A stretch of 64,000 bases of DNA. Source: Candidatus Komeilibacteria bacterium (lineage in GTDB: Bacteria; Patescibacteriota; Patescibacteriia; UBA1558). Position numbers and translations under genes: made by a program. This document shows positions 36,178 to 45,942 of the stretch, one piece after another (position 1 is the stretch's first letter; the number at the start of each line of letters is the position of its first letter). The stretch spans positions 38,244 to 102,243 of the forward strand of contig JBLYPW010000001.1 of the NCBI GenBank assembly GCA_048538275.1, in the 5' to 3' direction. A model generated the notes under the pieces. That model did not search any database, was not told the DNA's origin, and saw only the letters and a program-made list of their open reading frames with translations.

Positions 36178-36215
36178 ACACACCCATGCCAGGTGTGTGT
36201 TTTTGTTTTTCTTTT
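36178..36215 (+). terminator. rho-independent terminator
   Basis: Stem acacacc/ggtgtgt with loop catgcca, followed by ttttgtttttctttttgtttttt. Confidence 0.65.
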
Positions 36216-36399
36216 TGTTTTTTGAATAACTAACGGTTTTTGGCCCTCGTCAGTAGAAGCAAAAAGAAAGCTAGTCCCTTTTTATGGTACAACCCCTAAA
36301 ATTTTGCGAGGAAAGTCCCCGATGCTTGGGTTGTTCCGAGTCAAGCTCGGTTTTTATCACGTGAAACGTGATGATATGCTAAAGAACTTTTATATAAAT

Positions 36400-36783
36400 T
36401 TATTTATCTGTTCCATTCAGAGCCACCGTTCTTTTGTCCATAACTTGTTCTTGACCATCGGTTTGTTTTTCTTCGGTTGGAGTTGGGATTAGATCGTTTA
36501 TTCCTAAATAGCCATTACTGATATTTGCTTGAGTATTATAATAATAGGGATTATCTATGCTATTGGCAGTAGAAGGACTTAGAACAGTATTATAATCATT
36601 ATTGTCAGTTAAAGCAGTTTCTGCTAGGCTAAGCATTTTGGCAGCAGCTATTATTAAAATAAGAGAAAAAAGAAAATTAAAAAACACGCTCTGCAACGAG
36701 TGTGATCGTTTTTTGTGATGATTAGATTGGTTAGTCGGTCTATTGATCCGACTATAAACAGCAGTGTTACTAACAACGCGCAT
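36400..36783 (-). CDS. hypothetical small membrane-anchored protein
   Basis: ORF with a single TM (FFNFLFSLILIIAAAKMLSLA) and an N/Y/T-rich extracytoplasmic tail. Confidence 0.3.
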   Translation of the reverse strand: MRVVSNTAVYSRINRPTNQSNHHKKRSHSLQSVFFNFLFSLILIIAAAKMLSLAETALTDNNDYNTVLSPSTANSIDNPYYYNTQANISNGYLGINDLIPTPTEEKQTDGQEQVMDKRTVALNGTDK

Positions 36784-36865
36784 TTTTTTTGATTTTTTGT
36801 TTTTTATTTTGGGAGATTTTTTTAACCTCTACTAGTAGTTTAGCACACTTTTTTACAAAAGTCAA

Positions 36866-37142
36866 CCCCGTTAGAGGTTTAGAGGGTTTTTTAACCTATT
36901 TTTACTATAATTTTGCTTAGGTTTTGTGTTTAGTGGTTTTTGTTGCCATATATTATATATGGTGTAGGAAAATGTATTTATAGACCCAAACCTCTAACGA
37001 GGCAGACCCCGTTAGAGGTTTAGAGGGTTTTTTAACCTATTTTTACTATAATTTTGCTTAGGTTTTGTGTTTAGTGGTTTATGTTGCCATATATTATATA
37101 TGGTGTAGGAAAATGTATTTATAGACTAAACTTCTCATGAGG
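36866..37142 (+). mobile_element. tandem pair of ~136-bp MITE-like elements with 15-bp terminal inverted repeats
   Basis: Unit A is 36866-37002 and unit B is 37007-37142, separated by 4 bp (caga). The two differ at only a few positions. Each starts with ccccgttagaggttt and ends with aaacctctaacgagg (degenerate to aaacttctcatgagg in B), which is its reverse complement (14/15). Each has an internal TATAAT-like box. Confidence 0.55.
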
Positions 37143-37169
37143 TAGGTTTACCGGGCCGGTGGGGAACGG

Positions 37170-37198
37170 AAAAAAAACCCACCGCTTTCGCCGGTGGG
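37170..37198 (-). terminator. rho-independent terminator (minus strand)
   Basis: Stem cccaccg/cggtggg with a 7-nt loop, followed on the minus strand by T8 (the plus strand shows aaaaaaaa before the stem). Confidence 0.65.
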
Positions 37199-37551
37199 TT
37201 ATATAATAAAGGTTTATAATTGTGGTACTTATGAAAGACTATCCCAAATAAGTTTGGGACTCCAGGGGGTTAGCCTGGAACGCCAGATATGGATCACCTC
37301 CCTCCCTTAATGCTACGCAGCTCAACAGCATTGGCGTAGTTGATTTGGCAATCACGATTGACTGGCATTTCTTCTCCTTTCATTGTTTTGCTAGCGCAGT
37401 TGTGAGCTAGCTCAATTTGACTTTTTCTACTTAGTTGGTGATTATTGCGATAATCACTATCTTTATGAGCCAATAATCCCTCCCTTGTTTGAGTTTAAAG
37501 TACCTATTAATATTATTATAAACTATTCACTTTTTGCCAAGTGGAAAAAAA

Positions 37552-38613
37552 TTATACACTAAAGCGGAAATGGCAGACATCACCGTCTTGCATAACATAA
37601 TCCTTGCCTTCTAATCGCAGCAAGCCTTTATCTTTGGCACCGTTTTCACCGTTACAATCAACAAAATCCTGCCAATTGATAACTTCTGCGCGGATAAACC
37701 CTTTGGCAAAATCAGTATGAATAACGCCGGCGGCTTCAGGTGCGGTGGCGCCTTGTTTGACTGTCCAGGCACGGGACTCTTTCGGTCCTGATGTAAAAAA
37801 AGTTAATAAGTTGAGCAATTTGTAGCTGGATATTATTAATTTATCCAGCCCGGTTGCATTGACGCCTGCAGCTTGTAAATATTCTTTCACTTCATCATCG
37901 GGCAGATCGGCCAAATCAGCTTCCAGTCGAGCACAAATATTAAGAGAATTATCAGTTTCTGGAACGCTGCCCAGCTCTTTTTCATCTACATTATTAATAT
38001 ACAGTAATGGTTTGAGCGTGAGCAAGGATAATTCTTTAATGCTGGCCAATTCTTCTTTAGTAAGGTCTAAAATACGAGCCGGTCGTCCTTCCGATAAAAC
38101 AGTTTGTATTTTTTCAGTAACGGTTATACTGGTTAATAATTTTTTATCACTATTGCCTTTAGCTTGATTTTTAAGAGCAGCTAACCTTTTTTCTACGGTG
38201 GCTAAGTCGGCTAAAGCTAGCTCAGTGTCAATCACAGCCTTGTCGTCTTCTGGAGCGATTTTATTGTTGACGTGAATAATATTATTGTCTTCAAAATGAC
38301 GTACCACTTCTATGATAGCATCCACTTCACGAATGTGTGATAAAAATTTATTGCCCAACCCCTCACCTTTATTGGCTCCCGCCACTAGACCAGCAATGTC
38401 CACAAACTCAATAGTGGTGGGTAGGGTTTTTTCTGAATTAGAAACGTAACTAAGTTGTTGCAGTCTTTCATCGGGCACCTCTACTACGCCGACATTAGGG
38501 TCAATGGTGCAGAAGGGATAATTTTCCGCGGCTACTTGTTTTTTGGTGAGAGCTTGAAAAAGGGTTGATTTGCCGACATTGGGCAAGCCGACGATTCCGA
38601 TTTGTAAGGCCAT
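37552..38613 (-). CDS. ychF: ribosome-binding ATPase YchF (Obg-family GTPase)
   Basis: MALQIGIVGLPNVGKSTLFQALT..., a C-terminal TGS domain and the expected size. Confidence 0.9.
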   Translation of the reverse strand: MALQIGIVGLPNVGKSTLFQALTKKQVAAENYPFCTIDPNVGVVEVPDERLQQLSYVSNSEKTLPTTIEFVDIAGLVAGANKGEGLGNKFLSHIREVDAIIEVVRHFEDNNIIHVNNKIAPEDDKAVIDTELALADLATVEKRLAALKNQAKGNSDKKLLTSITVTEKIQTVLSEGRPARILDLTKEELASIKELSLLTLKPLLYINNVDEKELGSVPETDNSLNICARLEADLADLPDDEVKEYLQAAGVNATGLDKLIISSYKLLNLLTFFTSGPKESRAWTVKQGATAPEAAGVIHTDFAKGFIRAEVINWQDFVDCNGENGAKDKGLLRLEGKDYVMQDGDVCHFRFSV

Positions 38614-38734
38614 AATTGATTATATATTTGATAACAAGGCTAAGTTTATTATATTTATTCGTAAATGTCTAGGCGAGCTACTTGACAAAATGTAATTAAA
38701 CAAGTAATTTAAAAACAAATAGGAGGGAAGCACC

Positions 38735-39064
38735 ATGACAACTTTAGCTCAGCAAAGTGTTATCAGCTATTGTGGCCCAGTTTTGGGAAAAGGCGTAAAC
38801 ACGAAAAAAGTTTATCGTGTTCGCGTTCCCCAGCATTTATTTGATGATTTTTATGATTTTATCAGGGCGAAATGGTCTGGTAAAAAATTTCAATCTGGAG
38901 TTTGGGAAAATGATGGGGAGAACAATGATAATGTCTTTTGTTGGTGTAGTCGGTCAGAGGGTCTTTTTGCCCTGGTTATACCCATTGGTCAGGAGAGTAA
39001 ATTTTATAAGCAGTTGATTGAATTTCAACAAGACACCGGCGTTGTTTTGGATTTCAGTTCATAA
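38735..39064 (+). CDS. hypothetical protein (109 aa)
   Basis: ORF with SD aggaggg upstream. Confidence 0.35.
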   Translation: MTTLAQQSVISYCGPVLGKGVNTKKVYRVRVPQHLFDDFYDFIRAKWSGKKFQSGVWENDGENNDNVFCWCSRSEGLFALVIPIGQESKFYKQLIEFQQDTGVVLDFSS

Positions 39065-39190
39065 GGTTTTGTTCTTATTTATCCGCCATTGACTTGCAGC
39101 GAGAAGCTGGGGTCATTGGCGGATTTTTTTATGGAATTTTAATATGTTAAAATTGCTTGTCTGGTCAAGATGCTTTATAATCATATTACT

Positions 39191-39592
39191 ATGGGACAGA
39201 AAATACTACTTACTATAATATTATTACCTATTTTAGAATTAGCCGTTTTGATTAAGGTTGGTCAGTATATAGAAGTGTGGAATACCATTGCTTTGGTGGT
39301 GATTACTGCTGTGATTGGTTTGTCTTTATTGCAGTGGCAGGGCTTGCAAGTGTGGTATGATATGAGCGCACAATGGCAGCAAGGCAAAGAACCTTCTGAC
39401 ATACTATTAAACGCCGGCTTAATTTTATTGGGAGGTATTTTATTATTAGTACCGGGTTTTATTACTGATTTAATTGGTTTGCTATTACTATGGCCTGTCA
39501 CTCGTCCTTTATTTAAAGAATGGATCATAAAGCGTTGGTGGCCGCGACGAAGGCAGCCGGCTGATGTGATAGAAATAAAAGTTATTAAGTAA
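39191..39592 (+). CDS. fxsA: FxsA-family cytoplasmic membrane protein
   Basis: Two N-terminal TM helices, a conserved LLLVPGFITDLIGLLLL segment, and a basic C-terminus. Confidence 0.55.
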   Translation: MGQKILLTIILLPILELAVLIKVGQYIEVWNTIALVVITAVIGLSLLQWQGLQVWYDMSAQWQQGKEPSDILLNAGLILLGGILLLVPGFITDLIGLLLLWPVTRPLFKEWIIKRWWPRRRQPADVIEIKVIK

Positions 39593-39605
39593 ATAAAATA
39601 ATATT

Positions 39606-40187
39606 ATGATGAAGAAAAATTTTTTAGCGAACATAAGTAAAGATTTGCGTGCTTATCAAAAGGAACGCAATGCTATATTTGGTAAATCTCGTCAGATTTT
39701 GCAGGCAGCTAAAGAGTCAATTTTTGCTACTCATCGGCAAGATTATAAAAAGGCAGCTGACTTTTTGAAAAAAGCGGAAATTATTTTGAAAGAATTATCT
39801 AAAAATTATGACAAGGCCAATCGTCTGCGTTTTGAAGGGTCTTATAAAGCGGCGCTGGAAGAATATGTAGAAGCCAAGTTTTTTTATATGGTGATGACCG
39901 GCAAGCAATTGGGACCGATTGCGATTGGTAGCATCGGACCGGAAGAATATATTGGCGGTTTAGCTGATTTGACGGGTGAGTTGGTGCGGCAGGCGGTTTT
40001 GCAAACTATTGCTGAAAATTATGACCGAATTCAGCCTTGGCGTGACTTAGCTGAAGAGATTGTTGGTTTTATGACTAAATTATATCTCACCGGTTCATCG
40101 CGGCAGAAGTTTGATGAATCTAAGCGCAACCTTAAGCGTTTAGAAAAGATTCTTTATGACATTAAATTGCGTCCCAGTGACGATTAA
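39606..40187 (+). CDS. translin-family protein
   Basis: All-helical, about 190 aa. EEYIGGLADLTGELVR and the C-terminal RQKFDESKRNLKRLEKILYDIKLR parallel the translin EDYLSGVLILASELSR / RKRYDGLKYDVKKVEEVVYDLSIR blocks. Confidence 0.5.
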   Translation: MMKKNFLANISKDLRAYQKERNAIFGKSRQILQAAKESIFATHRQDYKKAADFLKKAEIILKELSKNYDKANRLRFEGSYKAALEEYVEAKFFYMVMTGKQLGPIAIGSIGPEEYIGGLADLTGELVRQAVLQTIAENYDRIQPWRDLAEEIVGFMTKLYLTGSSRQKFDESKRNLKRLEKILYDIKLRPSDD

Positions 40188-40199
40188 GATAGTTTTGGT

Positions 40200-42251
40200 A
40201 TGAAGGTTTACAAAATTCCTCAATCAGCTGGTCGCAGGAAGCCTGTTGATTGGCGAGCAGAGCTTAATGATTCTCAATATGAAGTGGTGACCACGGCCGA
40301 TGGGCCGTGTTTAGTACTAGCTGGCGCCGGTAGCGGCAAAACTAGAACCATTGTATATCGAGTGGCTTATTTGTTATCTCAGGGAGTTGCGCCTGAGAAT
40401 ATTTTATTGTTAACCTTTACCAATAAAGCAGCGCGCGAGATGATCAACCGTGTAACCGAATTATGCGGTCAATATCCCCAGGGTTTATGGGCCGGCACTT
40501 TTCATCATATTGCCAATCGTATATTGCGTCAGCACGCCAAGGCCATCGGTTTCAATAATAAGTTTAATATATTAGATAGTGGTGATTCTAAAGATTTATT
40601 AAAAATGTGTATCAAGGATCAGGGCATTGATCCACGACAACGACGATTTCCTTCCCCGGCGGTTATACAAAATATTATTAGTTATAAAACCAATGCTCAG
40701 CAACCCTTAGCCAAGGTAGTCACTGACAAACATCCACAGTGGGAAAGTCTGATCAAGGACATTGACCGACTGGCCAAAACTTATACTGATAAAAAACAAA
40801 ATAATCAGGTGATGGATTTTGATGATTTATTGTGGCATTGGTATAGGCTTTTGGAAGAACATCCTACTGTCAAAGACAAATTAGCGCAACAATTTTTATA
40901 TATACTGGTAGATGAATATCAGGATACCAATTATTTACAGGCTAAAATCGTGCAACAGTTGGCTAGTCGCCATAAAAATATTTTGGTGGTTGGTGATGAT
41001 GCGCAAAGCATTTATTCGTTTCGGGCCGCTGACATTGGCAATATATTACAATTTCCTAAATTATTTCCTGATAGCAAAACTTTTAAATTAGAAACAAATT
41101 ATCGTTCCACGCCGGAGATTTTAGCGGTGGCTAATGATGTTATAATGAATAATCCTGAGCAATATACAAAAAAACTACGCGCCGTATTACCTTCTCAGGA
41201 TAAGCCACAGATAATTCCTTGCAATTCGGCCCGTCAGGAGGCGGAGTTTATTGCCAGCATGATTTTGCAGCTTAGGGACGAGGGTGTGGATTTGCCTCGT
41301 ATTGCTGTTTTATTTAGAGCTTCGCATCACTCTCAAACTTTAGAAATGGAATTAAATAGACGAGATATTCCATATGATTATCGTGGAGGCATTCGTTTTT
41401 TTGAACGGGCGCATATTAAGGATGCGGTATCTTTTTTGAAGATTATTAATAATCCGGCTGATGAGATTAGCTGGTGGCGAGTGTTAAATATGCAAGTAGG
41501 CGTGGGCACAGCAACAGCAGAAAAGATAGTTACCCTGATTAGAAATGGTCAAAGCTCTGATTTAAAACAAGTTTTAACTTTGCCGATAAGTGATTTATTA
41601 TCTTCTAGGGCAAAAGACGGCTGGAATAATTTATTACAGATTTTGCAGACTATTATAAAAGAGCAAGATAAGGGTGTGGCAAATTTGATTCGTGCCATTA
41701 TTGAGTCTGATTATCAAAGTTATTTGGAGTTACAGTATCCTGATTGGAGTGAACGCTTGAGTGATATAGAGCAATTAGCTGAATTTTCAACAACCTATGA
41801 TGACCTCACTAGTTTTTTGGCGGAAGTTACCTTGCAGGAAAATTTTGCTTTGCAACAAGAGACCGATGATAAGGATGATAAGGAAAGGATGATCCTCTCC
41901 ACCATTCATCAGGCAAAGGGCCTGGAATGGCACACAGTATTTATTATCAATACGGTAGACGGAGCTTTTCCCAATAGTCGTGCCCTGATTGAGCCCAATG
42001 GAATGTCAGAGGAACGGCGTTTATTTTATGTGGCGGCTACGCGTGCACAGCGCCAGTTATTTTTTACTTACCCAATGATTGGTGGGTTTAGCGGTGAACT
42101 AAATCAACCCTCTATTTTTTTGGGAGAAATTGATCCAGCTAAGCTTGAAAAGGCCAGGGTAGAGAATGATTATAGTGGCGGGGAAATGGTGATTGAAGTG
42201 GATGAAGAGGGGAATCGCCGGGGTATTTTGCCGGATATAGATAGTCTATAG
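40200..42251 (+). CDS. uvrD: UvrD/PcrA-family ATP-dependent DNA helicase
   Basis: Walker A AGAGSGKT, motif II VDEYQDTN, and a conserved C-terminal domain (FYVAATRAQ). Confidence 0.85.
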   Translation: MKVYKIPQSAGRRKPVDWRAELNDSQYEVVTTADGPCLVLAGAGSGKTRTIVYRVAYLLSQGVAPENILLLTFTNKAAREMINRVTELCGQYPQGLWAGTFHHIANRILRQHAKAIGFNNKFNILDSGDSKDLLKMCIKDQGIDPRQRRFPSPAVIQNIISYKTNAQQPLAKVVTDKHPQWESLIKDIDRLAKTYTDKKQNNQVMDFDDLLWHWYRLLEEHPTVKDKLAQQFLYILVDEYQDTNYLQAKIVQQLASRHKNILVVGDDAQSIYSFRAADIGNILQFPKLFPDSKTFKLETNYRSTPEILAVANDVIMNNPEQYTKKLRAVLPSQDKPQIIPCNSARQEAEFIASMILQLRDEGVDLPRIAVLFRASHHSQTLEMELNRRDIPYDYRGGIRFFERAHIKDAVSFLKIINNPADEISWWRVLNMQVGVGTATAEKIVTLIRNGQSSDLKQVLTLPISDLLSSRAKDGWNNLLQILQTIIKEQDKGVANLIRAIIESDYQSYLELQYPDWSERLSDIEQLAEFSTTYDDLTSFLAEVTLQENFALQQETDDKDDKERMILSTIHQAKGLEWHTVFIINTVDGAFPNSRALIEPNGMSEERRLFYVAATRAQRQLFFTYPMIGGFSGELNQPSIFLGEIDPAKLEKARVENDYSGGEMVIEVDEEGNRRGILPDIDSL

Positions 42252-42315
42252 GACTGGCTTTAAGAAAAGTCGTAAATATGCTAAAATGGAGGGGTAAATA
42301 ATTAATTTTTTTCCT

Positions 42316-43173
42316 ATGCATAAAGCAGGTTTTGTATCCACTACAATACTACTGATAATATTTATTGTCATAGTAGCAGTAATAGGTGGTTTTATTTATT
42401 TAGACAGTACGGGCCAATTGAGCTTTGGTTCTGGAAATAATGACAATATTGACAATCAGGCAGTGCCTGATAATGATCCAGAAGCAGGCTCTGATCAGCC
42501 GCAGATTAATTTTATTCCTTATCAAAGTACGGATAATCTGTTTACTTTACAGATACCAGAGAATTGGAGCGGAGAAGAGAGGAATGGCGCTATTTTATTC
42601 TACAGTTATGATATAGCGCAGGTGCAGCCAGAGCAAAGAATTAAGGTGGAGATCACACGTCAGGCCAACCCTGATTTATTAACAGCTACGGAGTGGCTTA
42701 GTGAAAAAAACGTAGAGGTGACTAACGCCGAACAACAGCCGGCTACTTTTGGTCAAGTGCAAGGAGTGGCCTTGATACAAGATAATACAGATACTAACCC
42801 CGGGGATTTGAATGTGACAATGTATATTCCTGTCAATGAAGAAATGATCGTTGTTAATGCCAATAGTTATGGACAAATTCGCGACGCTGCCGTGCAATAT
42901 TATAATGCTATTTTCAACAGTTGGCAGTGGCATGATGATATTACTTCTCCCAGCCTAATTAGTGCTGATGCGGGAGCTGAGGATGCCGCGTTGACAGAAG
43001 AAAATGTACCGGCTGATGCGATTGAAGATGCTAATACTGTTAATGATAATGATGATGTAGTGGCAGATGATTCTGGTGATATAAATGATAGTCAGCCAGA
43101 TGTGAATACTGATGAAGCGGTTGATAATTCGGTTGATGATACCGCAATGCCAGACGACCAGCCTCTGCCATAA
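42316..43173 (+). CDS. hypothetical membrane-anchored protein with acidic D/N-rich C-terminal tail
   Basis: N-terminal TM followed by a low-complexity acidic tail. Confidence 0.35.
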   Translation: MHKAGFVSTTILLIIFIVIVAVIGGFIYLDSTGQLSFGSGNNDNIDNQAVPDNDPEAGSDQPQINFIPYQSTDNLFTLQIPENWSGEERNGAILFYSYDIAQVQPEQRIKVEITRQANPDLLTATEWLSEKNVEVTNAEQQPATFGQVQGVALIQDNTDTNPGDLNVTMYIPVNEEMIVVNANSYGQIRDAAVQYYNAIFNSWQWHDDITSPSLISADAGAEDAALTEENVPADAIEDANTVNDNDDVVADDSGDINDSQPDVNTDEAVDNSVDDTAMPDDQPLP

Positions 43174-43199
43174 TAAGTAAATAAGGAAAGAGATTATTT

Positions 43200-43976
43200 A
43201 TGTCAGATAAAATTGTTTTGGACTTGGAAACTAAAAAAAGTTTTGACGAAGTGGGCGGTCAGCAGAACGCCCACTTATTGGAGATATCTGTTGTTGGAGT
43301 TTATTCTTATGAGCGTGATCAGTATCATGCTTTTAAGGAGAGTGAATTTTCAGAATTGGAAAATTGGTTAAAAAAAGCCGATTTAGTCATCGGTTTTAAT
43401 AGTAAAAAGTTTGATTTTGCCGTATTGCAGCCTTATTTCCGTTGGAATTTAAGTAAATTACCTCATTTGGATATTTTGGAAGAAGTGGTTCATGCTTTGG
43501 GTCATAGATTAAAATTAGAATCAGTCGCTACCAGTACTTTGGGTGAAGGAAAGTCCGGTAGCGGTTTGGATGCTATTTGGTATTATAAAAATAAAGAATG
43601 GGAAAAATTAATTAAATACTGTTTGGATGACGTGCGCGTGACAAAAGAAGTTTATGAATACGGCCAAGCTCATGGCAATTTATGGTATGAAAATTCTGGT
43701 CAGCATACGCCTATTCCCGTGCGCTGGGGCCAAGAACCAAGCGCGCGAACATTATTGACAGAGGCGATGAAGTTTGGCAAGCAAATAAAGATAGATTATT
43801 TAGGTAGGGGCGGTCAAGCCAGGCAACAATTGGTAGTGGATGCCAAGGATTTAACTGATACACATTTGATTGGTTTTAATCATGCCGCTCATAAAGATGA
43901 GCAACTGGCTATTGAAAGAATTTTTTCGGTTGAAATTCAGGGGCAAGCTACTTCTTTTCAGACTTCATTATTTTAA
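43200..43976 (+). CDS. DEDD-type 3'-5' exonuclease-like protein
   Basis: Exo motifs LDLET (I), GFNSKKFDFAVL (II) and YCLDDV (III). Confidence 0.45.
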   Translation: MSDKIVLDLETKKSFDEVGGQQNAHLLEISVVGVYSYERDQYHAFKESEFSELENWLKKADLVIGFNSKKFDFAVLQPYFRWNLSKLPHLDILEEVVHALGHRLKLESVATSTLGEGKSGSGLDAIWYYKNKEWEKLIKYCLDDVRVTKEVYEYGQAHGNLWYENSGQHTPIPVRWGQEPSARTLLTEAMKFGKQIKIDYLGRGGQARQQLVVDAKDLTDTHLIGFNHAAHKDEQLAIERIFSVEIQGQATSFQTSLF

Positions 43977-44424
43977 ATAATATAGAAAGTAGTTTGTATT
44001 CCATTAGCATATTAGTTTTTTATTTTATTATGAACTACTTGCGGACAGATAAGGTGGTGACCATGAAGTATGCCGACTAGTCATGTTTTTTTGTCCAATT
44101 GACGTGAATTATAATTAGCAAGTTGTATTTGAGGATTATTTGTTGTAGAGGGTAGTAGTGAAGACAAAAAAAGTTTAGCAGCAGACACTTGCCGATAATA
44201 TTGATTTGACTGATAGCTAGCGTTTGTCCAATGATTTTTTCGGATTGGGTTTTGGATATAATGCATAATCAGCATCAAGCTATAAATAATGATCGGGTTA
44301 ATCATTGTAGTTATTTCTGCACCGGTGAGGCTCATTATTTTGTAGAGCTTGATCTTGCGGGGGGGGGTATTCAAGTGTAGTAAAATGGAGGTTCATATAA
44401 CTACTGTTGGTTCAGCGGTTTTTT

Positions 44425-44462
44425 TGTATAAAAAAAGAGCCTCTCGTATTTGGAGAGACTCT
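44425..44462 (-). terminator. rho-independent terminator for the 44479-44988 gene
   Basis: Stem agagcctctc/gagagactct with loop gtatttg, and a T-run on the minus strand. Confidence 0.6.
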
Positions 44463-44478
44463 GAAAATTGAAGTTTTT

Positions 44479-44988
44479 TTACAAATTTGCTACGGCGTCC
44501 GTAGCAACCGCCTTATACCAAGTATATTGGTATAAGGAAGGCGCATACTTGAGCACAACTGCTGGGTGTTCAAATATGCTGTTGATGGCCTTGACCTTGG
44601 CCGTCTCTTCATACCATGTGCAGCACCGTAGTACTGGTGCTGCGAAGAACAACTCTTCAGCTGACAGATTTTGAGCAGCGAGTTTTATCACTTCATTAGT
44701 GATGACCCCTGCAGCTGTCAGCTTTTGGTACGTGTCTTTTGTCAACACATACCTTACGTCTAGACGACGTGGAATCACGTCATCGTAGACGAAGTCTTTG
44801 AAATTATCGTTGTTGGTTACCAAACCAACAACCGTAAACGGCTCGTCAGTAGCCATTTGTCGGAAGATTGATTTTGCCGCAGCCATGTTATTCTGCTCGA
44901 TAGCAGTATGCAGTTGAGTCAGACTATCTTGTGCAGATAAGCTCACCTGCACTGTGAGGCTTAAAAAAACAACAAGTACTTTTTTCAT
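44479..44988 (-). CDS. hypothetical secreted protein (signal peptide)
   Basis: MKKVLVVFLSLTVQVSLSAQ signal peptide; no known domain recognised. Confidence 0.4.
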   Translation of the reverse strand: MKKVLVVFLSLTVQVSLSAQDSLTQLHTAIEQNNMAAAKSIFRQMATDEPFTVVGLVTNNDNFKDFVYDDVIPRRLDVRYVLTKDTYQKLTAAGVITNEVIKLAAQNLSAEELFFAAPVLRCCTWYEETAKVKAINSIFEHPAVVLKYAPSLYQYTWYKAVATDAVANL

Positions 44989-45093
44989 TTTTTACCCCTT
45001 TCAGGTATATTTTTAAATAACAATAATCTACTATATCATATATATATTAGATTGTCAAGAGTGTATAAGATTGTAATCCAAAAAAAGCTAATA

Positions 45094-45942
45094 TTAGCTA
45101 TTTTTATTTAGTAGTCTTTGTGTTAGATAAACACAATTTTGTAGTAGCATAGCAATGGTCATGGGGCCTACACCGCCGGGCACCGGAGTGATATAAGAAC
45201 ACTTATCTACTACGTCATCATAGTCAACATCGCCTACTATTTTTTTACCGGGCAAGCGATTGGTACCTACGTCAATGATAATGACGTCTTTTTTTATATT
45301 GTCAGCTGTAATGAGCCATGGTTGACCAACGGCTACTATTAATACATCGGCCTTTTTTGTTTTAGTTTGCCAGTCTGGTTCAGATAAATGAGTGTGCGTG
45401 GCTTGCAACTTTTGGTTATGAAAAAATTTCTCCAATCCTTCAGCAAATTCATCGCTATTGGCTAGGATACAAATTTGTTTTGTGGCAAGATTTTCCTTGG
45501 TGTCAGCCAAAAGTAGCTGGATGCCACGCGTGAGTCCAGGTAAAAAATCGCTTTCACCCGCTAAATAAGATTTGATATTGTCTGGATGAAAGCCATCTAC
45601 GTCTTTTTTTGGATCAATGGCTTGAATAATGGCAGTTTCGTCTAAATGTTTGGGTAGAGGAAGTTGTACTAGTATAGCCTGAATTTCATTGTCTTGATTG
45701 AGCCACTGGATGGCTTCTATAATTTCTGTTTGGCTGCTATCTCCGGGAAAGCGATAAACGTGAAAATCTATACCGACCTTATGACAAGCCCTGCCTTTTA
45801 GTTTTACATAAAGTTTGGAGGCGGCATTGTCGCCAATTAGTAAAACCGCCAAGCCAATGCGCAGGTTTTCTTTTTTTATAGTATTGCCGACTGATTCAAT
45901 GATTGTATCGGCTAGCTTTTTTCCATCTATTATTTTACTCAT
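45094..45942 (-). CDS. folD: bifunctional methylenetetrahydrofolate dehydrogenase/cyclohydrolase
   Basis: Full-length FolD pattern (GRACHKVG..., [12 protein letters not shown]). It overlaps glyA by 4 nt. Confidence 0.9.
   Translation of the reverse strand: MSKIIDGKKLADTIIESVGNTIKKENLRIGLAVLLIGDNAASKLYVKLKGRACHKVGIDFHVYRFPGDSSQTEIIEAIQWLNQDNEIQAILVQLPLPKHLDETAIIQAIDPKKDVDGFHPDNIKSYLAGESDFLPGLTRGIQLLLADTKENLATKQICILANSDEFAEGLEKFFHNQKLQATHTHLSEPDWQTKTKKADVLIVAVGQPWLITADNIKKDVIIIDVGTNRLPGKKIVGDVDYDDVVDKCSYITPVPGGVGPMTIAMLLQNCVYLTQRLLNKNS

Noticed and set aside
36309-36330. RNase P RNA P4-like motif aggaaagtcc
   Set aside because: The rest of the P4 consensus (GGGCUCC) and the 3' ACAGAACCCGGCUUA partner are absent. 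The surrounding DNA is protein-coding on the minus strand.
36866-37142. Possible CRISPR array
   Set aside because: There are only two repeat units, each ~136 bp with terminal inverted repeats and almost no spacer. This does not fit CRISPR repeat/spacer geometry, and there are no cas genes.
37296-37322. 16S rRNA 3'-end-like sequence (ggatcacctccctccctta) suggesting an rRNA fragment
   Set aside because: No other rRNA-like sequence flanks it and the match to the 16S terminus is only ~12 nt. It is more simply read as the complement of an SD-like ggaggtga next to a mini-ORF.
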